64,000 nt of DNA from IMG/VR virus record IMGVR_UViG_3300006484_000005, positions 1-64,000 of that record; one strand, given 5' to 3'. The stretch is from an uncultured virus (IMG/VR IMGVR_UViG_3300006484_000005). Its lineage: Duplodnaviria; Heunggongvirae; Uroviricota; Caudoviricetes. Position 1 is the stretch's first letter, and each line of letters starts with the position of its first letter. A program made the translations under genes and the position numbers. Positions 55,429 through 64,000 of the stretch are shown in pieces. The notes beneath the pieces are model-generated. The model was not told where the DNA came from. It made no database searches and saw nothing but the letters and a program-made list of their open reading frames with translations.

Positions 55429-57153
55429 TTATCCTTCACAAGCTACACAAGCAGCCGTTCTATCTAAATTATCACCTCGTAATACAGATTCTGTACGTAA
55501 GTAATATAATGTTTTAATACCAGCTTTATGTGCTTCTTTATGTACTTCTGACATCCAACGAGGTGTATCGTTTGGATCAAAACATAAATTTAATGATACG
55601 GTTTGATCAACATATTGTTGACGAATACCAGCTTGACGTACAATTTCTAATTGATTAATTTCTTTAAATGTACGGAATACTTCTTTTTCTTCATCTGATA
55701 GAATGTGTTCTTGTATTCCATAAACTGAACCTTGATCTTTAGCGATTTGATCCCATACTGAAGTAATATTAAATCCTTTAGATTCAAGTAATGCTTCTAA
55801 TACCGGATTCTTTTTAATGAATACGCCTTTAGCTGTCTTTAAATTATAGATATTAGCGGGTAATGGCTCAATTGATGGAGAAACACCACCTGAAATGTGT
55901 GCATTCGATACTGTAGGAGCAATTGCCATTCTATGTGAATGTCTTACGCCTGTACCTTTACACCATTCTGGCTCGCCATATTCTACAGCCATATCTTTAG
56001 ATGCTTTTAATGATTCGGCATCAATAAATGAGAATATTTCACGTGTATAAGCATTTGCTTGGATTCCAACAAATGGAACACCTTTTGCTTGTAGGAATGT
56101 GTGCCATCCTAAAGCACCAATACCAATTGCTCTACCTTTTTGTGCTGAACGTACTGTGTTTTCCATAAAGCGGATATTTTTAGCACGATCAATAAATTCT
56201 TGTAGTACACCTTCTAAGAACCAAGTCATTAATTCAGGAACTGACATGCCGTTCTCAAAACGATAATCTTTCCACTCATCATAACGAGCTAAATTCAATG
56301 ATGATAAACAACAGATGAATGAATGTAATGGATCTGTATATAATACGATTTCAGAACAGATATTAGTCATTGTAACTTCTAAGTTCAATTTCTTATATCC
56401 TTCAGGATTGGCCTTATTTACATTATCTTTAAACATAATATATGGCTCGCCTGTCTCTAAACGTGTACGTAAAATTTCACCCCAAATCTTTAATGAATGG
56501 GGATCGCGATCTTCTACCTTTTGCATAAATACATCATCAACAACTACGCAGTGATGGGTATTTAAACACTGACGATTAACATCACCTTTTGGACGTCTCA
56601 TCATTAAAAATTCTTCAATGTCTGGATGATTAATATCCAAATTAAATGAAGCGGCCCCACGACGAACTGATCCTTGATTTGTAGCAAGTATCGTTGAATC
56701 ATAAATTTTAGCCCAAGGAATAATACCTTCACTTACACCATTACCTGTAATTCTAGCACCACGTCCACGAATACGAGATAGCGACATACCAACACCACCA
56801 CCTTGAGATGACAATCTCATTAGTTCGGAATTGGCTGATGCAATTCCTTCTACAGAATCATCAACATCAATTCCATAACATGAGATAGGCAATCCACGTT
56901 CAGTACCCATATTTGAAAGTACTGGTGATGCTAAACATAACCAATTCTTCACCATTGCTTCATAGAAGAATGGTTGAAGATCTTTACGACGTAACCTACG
57001 AGCAGCAGATTTAGACACACGTTTAAAACCATCGAATACGCTTTCATCTGATAGTAAGTATCCCTTAGAGATCATACTTAATGCAATATCATCCATCCAT
57101 TCGGGATAATCCTTTCCTACAACCCATTTGCGGGTATCTACTGTTATGCTCAT
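55429..57153 (-). CDS. nrdA: Ribonucleotide reductase class I alpha subunit
   Basis: PISCY, TNICSEI, IAPT, TLYYLR, C-terminal CVACEG. Confidence 0.95.
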   Translation of the reverse strand: MSITVDTRKWVVGKDYPEWMDDIALSMISKGYLLSDESVFDGFKRVSKSAARRLRRKDLQPFFYEAMVKNWLCLASPVLSNMGTERGLPISCYGIDVDDSVEGIASANSELMRLSSQGGGVGMSLSRIRGRGARITGNGVSEGIIPWAKIYDSTILATNQGSVRRGAASFNLDINHPDIEEFLMMRRPKGDVNRQCLNTHHCVVVDDVFMQKVEDRDPHSLKIWGEILRTRLETGEPYIMFKDNVNKANPEGYKKLNLEVTMTNICSEIVLYTDPLHSFICCLSSLNLARYDEWKDYRFENGMSVPELMTWFLEGVLQEFIDRAKNIRFMENTVRSAQKGRAIGIGALGWHTFLQAKGVPFVGIQANAYTREIFSFIDAESLKASKDMAVEYGEPEWCKGTGVRHSHRMAIAPTVSNAHISGGVSPSIEPLPANIYNLKTAKGVFIKKNPVLEALLESKGFNITSVWDQIAKDQGSVYGIQEHILSDEEKEVFRTFKEINQLEIVRQAGIRQQYVDQTVSLNLCFDPNDTPRWMSEVHKEAHKAGIKTLYYLRTESVLRGDNLDRTAACVACEG

Positions 57154-57169
57154 TTTTTATTATTTTATA

Positions 57170-58117
57170 TTATAAATCTGACCAATCCGCTACCGACTTC
57201 GAATAAGACGAAGGTCGTTGCGCAAAGAAATCTTGTTGTTCTACTCCTGATGTGATTTGACCAAACCAAGCGATCTCGTCTAATAGTCGTTCATTCACAT
57301 CATATAATGGTTTATAACCTAATTCAATCATTTTTTCATTGGCTCTAGCGCGAATGAAATTCTTTAATTGCTCCTTAGTTAAATTTTCTAAGTCGCCCAT
57401 TTCAAATACTTTATTAATAAATGCAAATTCTAATTCTACTGAAATAGCACATGCTGTTTTGATACGTTCCTGTAAATCGATTGTATTTAATTCAGGACGT
57501 TCTTTTAACAATTGAGTAAATAACCAACATCCAGCTTTTGAATGCAATGATTCATCTCTAACACTCCATGCAACGATTTGTCCCATACCTTTCATTAGAT
57601 TTCTCATTTGAAATGACATTAGGATAGCAAACGATGAAAATAAATTAACACCTTCGGTAAATGCTGAGAATATAGCTAATGATTGTGCTATTTCATCCAT
57701 TGTACCTGATTTTACTTGTTGTAGTCGCTCAATTTTATTACGAGCTTCTTCATCATCCATAAATGCAGCAAAATCATCTAAACCTAATGATTCATTTAAT
57801 AATGAATATGCTTCAGCATGAATTGATTCAAATGAACCAAACGTAACAGCCATTGATTGTATTTCTGGTTTTGGAAACCAATGCGAAACATTAGATGACC
57901 AATAATCCTCAACGTGTGTTTCAGTCTGAGCGAATGATTTTAATATTTGTCCGATTAGATTTTTTTCTGATTCGGTTAATTTTAATTTAAAGTCATTAAC
58001 GTCAGCCGCTAATGTAACTTCTTCGGGTAACCAATGCACACGTTGCTGTTGTTTTAAAAATTCATGTGCTTGGTCGTATTCAAACGGCTTGTAAAATAAG
58101 CGCTTATCTGTGATCAT
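57170..58117 (-). CDS. nrdB: Ribonucleotide reductase class I beta subunit
   Basis: ESIHAEAY, TEGV, RDESLH, DFF. Confidence 0.95.
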   Translation of the reverse strand: MITDKRLFYKPFEYDQAHEFLKQQQRVHWLPEEVTLAADVNDFKLKLTESEKNLIGQILKSFAQTETHVEDYWSSNVSHWFPKPEIQSMAVTFGSFESIHAEAYSLLNESLGLDDFAAFMDDEEARNKIERLQQVKSGTMDEIAQSLAIFSAFTEGVNLFSSFAILMSFQMRNLMKGMGQIVAWSVRDESLHSKAGCWLFTQLLKERPELNTIDLQERIKTACAISVELEFAFINKVFEMGDLENLTKEQLKNFIRARANEKMIELGYKPLYDVNERLLDEIAWFGQITSGVEQQDFFAQRPSSYSKSVADWSDL

Positions 58118-58118
58118 A

Positions 58119-58379
58119 TTATTTAAACGAGTTAATAGTTGAGGTTAATGCTGCTTGTGTAGTTCCGCCTACAATACGTTTTACTTCCTGTCCATTTTTT
58201 TCAATAACGATAGTAGGAACACCTCGTACTTTGTATTGTATAGCTAATGCAGAATCTGCGTCAACATCAACATCTTGGAATGAAACTCCATCGACTGTTG
58301 ATTTAACTTGTTCAAATATTGGTGCCAGCACTTTACATGGTCCACACCATGATGCTGAAAATTTGGTAACTTTTATCAT
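58119..58379 (-). CDS. Thioredoxin
   Basis: WCGPC, VPT. Confidence 0.93.
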   Translation of the reverse strand: MIKVTKFSASWCGPCKVLAPIFEQVKSTVDGVSFQDVDVDADSALAIQYKVRGVPTIVIEKNGQEVKRIVGGTTQAALTSTINSFK

Positions 58380-58436
58380 AAATTTTATTTTAATTTTTTA
58401 AGGTGCAGATATAAATACAATATATACTAACGATAA

Positions 58437-59825
58437 TTAAGAAGGAGTCGCAAGTTCAAAAAACTTCTTTCGTAGATAATCTTTATCATCGTGGTCGAAG
58501 TCTTGTTTAGTTCTTTGTGGAGATTGTTGTGGAGAATCCGACTCTTCATCTTCAACATATTCTCCAGTAATACGAGTTATACCTGTAGATCCTTCAAAAT
58601 CACAATTAAAAGTAATACCATCTGTACCATAACGATTTTTAATAATATGCCAACGAGAAGTATTATCTACTTTATCTTTTCGTAAACGTGATGTTGAAAT
58701 AATAATATCACCAATCATGATTTTGTCATACGATCCAGCAGCTTTGTCACCTTCTACTACTTTATCAGCAGCACCTGAGCGATTTACTTGTGATGGTGAT
58801 ACAATTGGTATACCTAATTCCTTAGCTAATCCTTTAGCATCTGTATAGATATCATCTAAATCATCTTTACGTTCATTTCTGGCGCGTTGACGATTCTTTA
58901 ATAAATCTAAATAATCAATAAAGATAACATCTGGTTTGAAATTATGTTGGTTCCATAATTGATCTAAATGTCGTTCAATATCATCTAATGATGCACGTTT
59001 TGGTGGGTATTCTTTAATAATTAATTTACCTGCTAATCCTTTAGTAGCATCTTCAATTTTAACTCGATGTAATGGTAATTGATCAACTGGAATTCCTAAT
59101 AGATTAGCATCAAAACGTTGTCCGACATATCCTTCACCTAATTCTAATGTGTAGTATACTACTTTACCACCTAATTTAGCAGCTTCTAATGCCATCGAAA
59201 TGGCAGCCCATGATTTACCAGAACCGGGCCCACCAAAGAATATAATTAAATCGCCTTTACCATATCCACCTTGCGTAATTGAATTAATCTGCGGCCAAGG
59301 AGTAGGAATAACACGTCTATCGTCTGGTCTATAACGTGCTTCAACATCTAATTCATAATCGTGTCCTGTATTTTTTTCTTGTGATGTAACGATTGCTTTA
59401 GAAATTAATGAGCGTATCGATTCATAATCACCATCATTTAGTAAATCAACAGATGTCATAATTGCTTTCTTCATCTGTTGGTTTTGGCAGAATTTTAGGA
59501 ATTCCTGCTCGATATATTCTTTATCATGTGATTGATCCGCCATTTTATAGGCTTCCTTTAATTCCTCAATAACAGCAATCTTTAATACATCATTATCTTC
59601 TTTTTTTACTTCAATCTGAAGTGCCTCCATCGTAGGAGTAGTATGGAATTCGTCGAAGTATTTATTTAATTTAGTTACAATCCACTTTCTGGCTGTATTT
59701 TCAAAATACTCATCTGTAACTGAATCTGATACATCTACTAGAAATTTTCTATCCGTTAGAAGCAAACCTAATACTTTGGTTTGAAACGAATTCCCGTACT
59801 TATCTAAACTATCTAGTGCTGTCAT
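58437..59825 (-). CDS. Replicative DnaB/gp41-like helicase
   Basis: GGPGSGKS, YYTLEL, IDYLDL, SQVNR, KNRYG. Confidence 0.92.
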   Translation of the reverse strand: MTALDSLDKYGNSFQTKVLGLLLTDRKFLVDVSDSVTDEYFENTARKWIVTKLNKYFDEFHTTPTMEALQIEVKKEDNDVLKIAVIEELKEAYKMADQSHDKEYIEQEFLKFCQNQQMKKAIMTSVDLLNDGDYESIRSLISKAIVTSQEKNTGHDYELDVEARYRPDDRRVIPTPWPQINSITQGGYGKGDLIIFFGGPGSGKSWAAISMALEAAKLGGKVVYYTLELGEGYVGQRFDANLLGIPVDQLPLHRVKIEDATKGLAGKLIIKEYPPKRASLDDIERHLDQLWNQHNFKPDVIFIDYLDLLKNRQRARNERKDDLDDIYTDAKGLAKELGIPIVSPSQVNRSGAADKVVEGDKAAGSYDKIMIGDIIISTSRLRKDKVDNTSRWHIIKNRYGTDGITFNCDFEGSTGITRITGEYVEDEESDSPQQSPQRTKQDFDHDDKDYLRKKFFELATPS

Positions 59826-59847
59826 TTATAACCTTTATTTATAACTT

Positions 59848-60879
59848 TTATTGCTTCCAATCTAACGAAGAAAAATTCTCTATCAACCATCCTTGCCAAT
59901 TTACACGCTCATTTAATTGGTCATCCTCCGTCATTTCAACGAAATTACCTATGTTTAGTGATGGTGGTGCATTTTCAACTGCATCATCAACGATGCGCTT
60001 ATCCTCGTCATCTATATTCGGATCTTTTAATGACATTAATTGATAATTAATACCTAATTGGCGTTCAAATTGAATGATTTTAGTATATAATTGATTTTTA
60101 TCTTCATTTTCTTTTGCTTTATGTAACATGTATTCTAAATCAATAGGAATAGAATCCATCAATTCAGGATATAACTTAAATACTTTTTTAGGACCTAATC
60201 CTTGTATTCCAGGAACGTTATCGCCAGAATCCCCTAATAACATTTTGTAATTAATAAAGTTATTTGGATGTACAAAATATTCTTCTAACACATCATCAGC
60301 TCGGTATGTTTTTTTCTTAGTAGGTGAATATATTTCTGTTTTATCTGATACTAATTGTAGGAAATCCTTATCAGCAGACATAATCGTTACTTTATCTGTT
60401 TCTGGATCTGCTTCAAATTTTTTAACTAAATAACCCATCACATCATCGGCTTCGATTTTTGGGATGCAAATCATCGATACTGGTAATTGAGTACAGTATT
60501 CAATTAATCGCCCCATTTGATTAGCCATTGATTCGCTTTCTTCCTTTTTATCGCCAAATACTTTCCAATTAGTTACTTTAATATTAGTACGATTAGCTTT
60601 ATAATCAGAATATAGATACTTTTTATTAGTAGAATTACCTTGTCCATCAAATACTAAAATAACCCTAGTCGGTTGGTATAGCTTAATAGCATAACCAACC
60701 GATTTAAGGAAGCCAACAAGACCACCTACATGGTGGCCGTTGGGGTTTAAGTGCTGAATAATAGCAAATGAGCGGAGAAATGTATTCATTGAATCTACAA
60801 CAAGTACTCTAGCATTCTTTGAATTATTTTTATCTGCGCTTAATTCAGAAAATAATTTATTTAGGAATTCTTTATCCAT
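59848..60879 (-). CDS. 5'-3' exonuclease / flap endonuclease (T4 RNase H-like)
   Basis: VVDSMN, YKANR, EADD, SADKDF, GDSGDNVPGI.GLGPK. Confidence 0.93.
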   Translation of the reverse strand: MDKEFLNKLFSELSADKNNSKNARVLVVDSMNTFLRSFAIIQHLNPNGHHVGGLVGFLKSVGYAIKLYQPTRVILVFDGQGNSTNKKYLYSDYKANRTNIKVTNWKVFGDKKEESESMANQMGRLIEYCTQLPVSMICIPKIEADDVMGYLVKKFEADPETDKVTIMSADKDFLQLVSDKTEIYSPTKKKTYRADDVLEEYFVHPNNFINYKMLLGDSGDNVPGIQGLGPKKVFKLYPELMDSIPIDLEYMLHKAKENEDKNQLYTKIIQFERQLGINYQLMSLKDPNIDDEDKRIVDDAVENAPPSLNIGNFVEMTEDDQLNERVNWQGWLIENFSSLDWKQ

Positions 60880-61000
60880 TGTCTTGTTGTTCTATTATTG
60901 ACATAATTTCTCTAGTTAAAGAACCTGCGGTTTTAGTGCCATCAAGACTCCAACGTATAATAGCAGCTTCTATAACACTATATAATTCATCTTTATTCAT
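60872..61000 (-). CDS. Hypothetical protein, 42 aa
   Basis: Hand translation MNKDELYSVIEAAIIRWSLDGTKTAGSLTREIMSIIEQQDNG; overlaps both neighbours. Confidence 0.55.
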   Translation of the reverse strand: MNKDELYSVIEAAIIRWSLDGTKTAGSLTREIMSIIEQQDNG

Positions 61001-62099
61001 TATCTAGTTCATCATCAATAGCAATTGTTGGGGCAATATTTTTACCTTCGTCCCACTCACTACTATCTTCAGTAATTTGTAGATCATCTACATCTGTTAG
61101 TCCATTAAACCACTCACGTGCGTGTTCTTTCTTATATTTAGCAATTGCATTTGGTGTATCGCTAATAAAACCATGCGGAGTAACAATAATAGTAGATGCA
61201 GTTGCTACACCACAATCAGCGTGGATCTTATCAATCGCTATTTTAGTACGTTTAGCAAATTCTACTGATTTACCATCTTTAACTGCTTTGATCTTAGACG
61301 TACCTGAATTAGTTACATTTCCATAAGTAATAACAACTGCCGCATCCCAATACATTGTATCTCCACCTTTATTAGTACGTTTAGGTTGTGCCATTGGCAT
61401 CATAGCCGGCTGAACACCCGTTTTATTAATAACGAAGAATGTATTCGTGTATGGATATTTTTCCTTACGTGATAATGGAAATTGCTGATTGATAAAGTTA
61501 CCAAATTGAGTAGCCATCGCACCTGCATTCCACATTGGATTGTTTTTGCCTTGATCTACACTCATTTGACATGGCAGTGACCCAACTGAATCCCATAGAA
61601 ATAATAAATCATATGGTAAACGTCCTTTGGCTTGCTCATTCATGATATCTGAAATGAATGCTGCTACATCTTCAATATGATCAATTGATGATCTATCAAT
61701 GTAAAGGAAAAATCCATCATAATTAATTATTTCACCTGTTTCTTCGTCTGGAATTGCGGTTAATTCCAATCCCATTTTCTGAGCATGAGCAAAATCCCAC
61801 TTCATTTCCGAAATAATGAATACAGGTAATATACCCATTTTCTGAGCTGTAACAGCAGTTTCAATAAGTAATGTTGTTTTACCTGTATCAGAACCTCCAC
61901 GCGCAATCGTAATTTGTCCCATTGGTACACCAGGAATGGAAAGTGCTTCCTTAACTGCTGGAGTGAATGGGATCCATTTTTGTTCTTTAAATTTAGTAGT
62001 CTGATCTAAGTATTTAGATTTCTTAAATGCAGATAAATTAAATTTAGACTTGTCACCCAAAATATGGGTGACAGTCTCTGATGGTGATTTTTTAGCCAT
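60993..62099 (-). CDS. RecA/UvsX-like recombinase
   Basis: Walker A GGSDTGKTT, Walker B FLWDSVG, KGG motif. Confidence 0.85.
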   Translation of the reverse strand: MAKKSPSETVTHILGDKSKFNLSAFKKSKYLDQTTKFKEQKWIPFTPAVKEALSIPGVPMGQITIARGGSDTGKTTLLIETAVTAQKMGILPVFIISEMKWDFAHAQKMGLELTAIPDEETGEIINYDGFFLYIDRSSIDHIEDVAAFISDIMNEQAKGRLPYDLLFLWDSVGSLPCQMSVDQGKNNPMWNAGAMATQFGNFINQQFPLSRKEKYPYTNTFFVINKTGVQPAMMPMAQPKRTNKGGDTMYWDAAVVITYGNVTNSGTSKIKAVKDGKSVEFAKRTKIAIDKIHADCGVATASTIIVTPHGFISDTPNAIAKYKKEHAREWFNGLTDVDDLQITEDSSEWDEGKNIAPTIAIDDELDNE

Positions 62100-62944
62100 T
62101 ATTGAAATAATTCGTCGAATTTATCTGATGAGCTTGTGTTTAAAGAGAACGCTGCTTTTTCTTGCTCTGTTACTTGATTATCATTTACCCAATCTGACTG
62201 AACAGCTGATGGAGTTGTAGGGATTGCTGTTGGAGCAGGAGTAGCTACTGATTGTTCTTCTTCAGCTTCTGGATTTAGCCACTTAGCTAATAATTCCTTA
62301 ATATCATTGTATTCGCGTTTGCGATTAATCGTCATAATATCAGGTTGCTCTTCTAGCCACTTATTAATCTGATTAATATCTTCAGAAATTGGTGACGCTT
62401 TTGGACGAGGGCGTAATGTACAGCTAACTACTTTACGACCAGCAACTTCTGCGGCCACTGCATCGATTTTAAAATCAAATCCTTCTTGGATATCAGTAAA
62501 ATCACCGTAATCTTCATCCGCAGCAAATCCTAGTAATGATTTGTATACTTCCTTACCGAATTCCCATAAACGAACTCCTAAATGCTCTTCGCCACGAACA
62601 ACAACAGGAACAAATACACGCATTTTTGGATCTAACTTCTTAGCTAATGCCCAGTTATCGCGATCTTTTGATTGACGTAATTTTGCTGCAAATTCCATGA
62701 TTGGATCTGCTTCTCCAAAGTTGTTTAGAGCTAATACCGGACCTTTAGCGAACCCATAGTGGAAATATACTTCCTTAAATGGATTTTGCTTATTTGATTT
62801 TGCGGGTACGATGCGAATCGTATAATTGCCTACCTGAGGCTTCCAGAACACTTTCGTGTAGTCGATTTTTTCGTAAGTCTTACCACCACTGTTTTTGGGT
62901 GCGTTAAGATTACCTAATTTTTGCTTTAACAAAGCTAAATCCAT
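62099..62944 (-). CDS. Single-stranded DNA-binding protein (gp32-like)
   Basis: FWKP..G...IRIVP, LWEFGK, GFDFKI, acidic tail DKFDELFQ; class A motif at 62980-62996. Confidence 0.82.
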   Translation of the reverse strand: MDLALLKQKLGNLNAPKNSGGKTYEKIDYTKVFWKPQVGNYTIRIVPAKSNKQNPFKEVYFHYGFAKGPVLALNNFGEADPIMEFAAKLRQSKDRDNWALAKKLDPKMRVFVPVVVRGEEHLGVRLWEFGKEVYKSLLGFAADEDYGDFTDIQEGFDFKIDAVAAEVAGRKVVSCTLRPRPKASPISEDINQINKWLEEQPDIMTINRKREYNDIKELLAKWLNPEAEEEQSVATPAPTAIPTTPSAVQSDWVNDNQVTEQEKAAFSLNTSSSDKFDELFQ

Positions 62945-62998
62945 AATATAACTATTTAAGTTTTAAAAATTGTACTCAGTAAATGTAATTGAGAAATC

Positions 62999-63391
62999 CT
63001 ACAGATTAATTATTCTGTGGATTTTTGTTTGAATGATATTTAAATCATTACTTTGAATTAATAAGATTGAATTTTTATAATCCAACCAGGTAATACGGAA
63101 ATTAGTATCTAATATACCGTTGTTTAAAGACTTTATTAATGCATTCAATGCATTTATTGTATATAACGTATTTGACTCTTTTTTACGATGTAGCAATATT
63201 GTGTTAGGTAACACTGATTGTTGCTCCATATTAAATGTATCTATATTATAAGTACAGACATATTCTTCAGTCGACAGCGATTCTAATACAAATATTTTAG
63301 AATATAAAATAGTATATTTAGTCGTTAAAGTATTTAGAGTATTGTCTAATTCTTCAGGAGCCGTGAATGTGCAGAATAGCTTATTAGCCAT
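62999..63391 (-). CDS. Conserved-looking hypothetical phage protein
   Basis: MANKLFCTF...HRKKESNTLYTINALN; start moved because a class B motif overlaps 63431-63440. Confidence 0.7.
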   Translation of the reverse strand: MANKLFCTFTAPEELDNTLNTLTTKYTILYSKIFVLESLSTEEYVCTYNIDTFNMEQQSVLPNTILLHRKKESNTLYTINALNALIKSLNNGILDTNFRITWLDYKNSILLIQSNDLNIIQTKIHRIINL

Positions 63392-63444
63392 TAAAAATGT
63401 ATTATTAAATAAATCGTAACTTAAGTCCAACATAAATATACGGT

Positions 63445-64000
63445 TTATTTTATTTCTGCGTAATTGTGTCCAGTTTTCGTGGAGTAATTAAATTTTAGTA
63501 GCGAAGTTATGCTATCTAATAAATTTTCCGACGAGTCGTAATCAAGTAATATAGAATCGTATGTGTATAATATAATTTTAGTTTTCTTATCTTTGAGTAA
63601 ATTTACTATTGCGGAAAATTGCACTACATTAAATACGGTTTCTGTATTTTGCACAATATAATTAAGTAACTTTTGTGGTGTTGGGTTTTCAATCATTTCT
63701 TTAGTGAAACGTTTACCGAATTGTGTACCAATCACACCATTATCACTCCACAATCGATTTGTATAATCATTTACTTGTTTAAAGAATGGCTTATCTTGGA
63801 AGTCCTTTCTAACACCACCATATAATTGCTGAAATACTAATTCCTTAATTGTTTCGGGTGTTGATCCAGGAAATTGGAGCGATAATTGTTCGTATATATT
63901 TCCTGTAAATTCATACCCAGCTAATTTAGCTATAATAGTTGGGTGATATGCTTTAAAATCAATTTCAACTAATGTATCGTTTTCAGGAATAAAGGCAGCA
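63445..64000 (-). CDS. Divergent family A DNA polymerase domain (5' part outside the window)
   Basis: Frame open to the edge: motif A EIDFKAYHP, motif B KELVFQQLYG, NYIVQNTET, motif C YTYDS. Confidence 0.75.
   Translation of the reverse strand, partial: AAFIPENDTLVEIDFKAYHPTIIAKLAGYEFTGNIYEQLSLQFPGSTPETIKELVFQQLYGGVRKDFQDKPFFKQVNDYTNRLWSDNGVIGTQFGKRFTKEMIENPTPQKLLNYIVQNTETVFNVVQFSAIVNLLKDKKTKIILYTYDSILLDYDSSENLLDSITSLLKFNYSTKTGHNYAEIK

Noticed and set aside
3405..63440. Plus-strand TATAAATA read as T4-type late promoters
   Set aside because: The orientation is opposite to the adjacent genes; the motif consistently sits upstream of minus-strand starts as TATTTATA.
1..64000. Stop-codon reassignment
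   Set aside because: Conserved genes are full length in code 11, TAA, TAG and TGA all end genes, and no suppressor tRNA was seen.
1..64000. Bacterial chromosome or prophage origin, given groEL, glf, folE, queCDE and thyA
   Set aside because: The T4-style clamp, loader, gp32-like SSB and PolB, the endolysin, CCA-less tRNAs, single-strand gene packing and absence of an integrase in the window fit a large lytic phage.

Overview
AT-rich, gene-dense segment of a large lytic dsDNA tailed phage (jumbo-like, T4-style replisome), probably infecting Bacteroidota. The host call rests on a DUF4494-like gene, a Bacteroidota-type Hpt, TAnnTTTA promoter cores and no evident Shine-Dalgarno sites. All but one supported gene lie on the minus strand. 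Contents: replication and recombination genes (PolB, clamp, clamp loader, helicase, 5'-3' exonuclease, RecA/UvsX, SSB, and a second divergent PolA at the window edge); nucleotide metabolism (hpt, thyA, nrdAB, thioredoxin, MazG-like); groES/groEL; two large glycosyltransferase clusters; a folE/queD/queE/queC 7-deazaguanine pathway with a TGT/DpdA-like gene; a heme oxygenase plus bilin reductase pair; an envelope operon (cohesin/dockerin-like protein, CsgG-like protein, beta-barrels, GH19 endolysin); 8 tRNAs; a tRNA-like RNA with a 78-nt variable arm; and several structured intergenic RNAs. Top finding: the 7-tRNA array (Tyr, Trp, Cys, Ser, Thr, Glu, Gln) is preceded by a 20-codon leader ORF (MKNTSTYCTSTWQETARIGE). 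Its 12-codon core uses exactly those seven amino acids and no others, and it is followed by mutually exclusive antiterminator and terminator pairings. This looks like a ribosome-stalling transcription attenuator that switches on phage tRNAs when the matching host tRNAs are depleted. All calls come from reading motifs by eye; no database searches were run.
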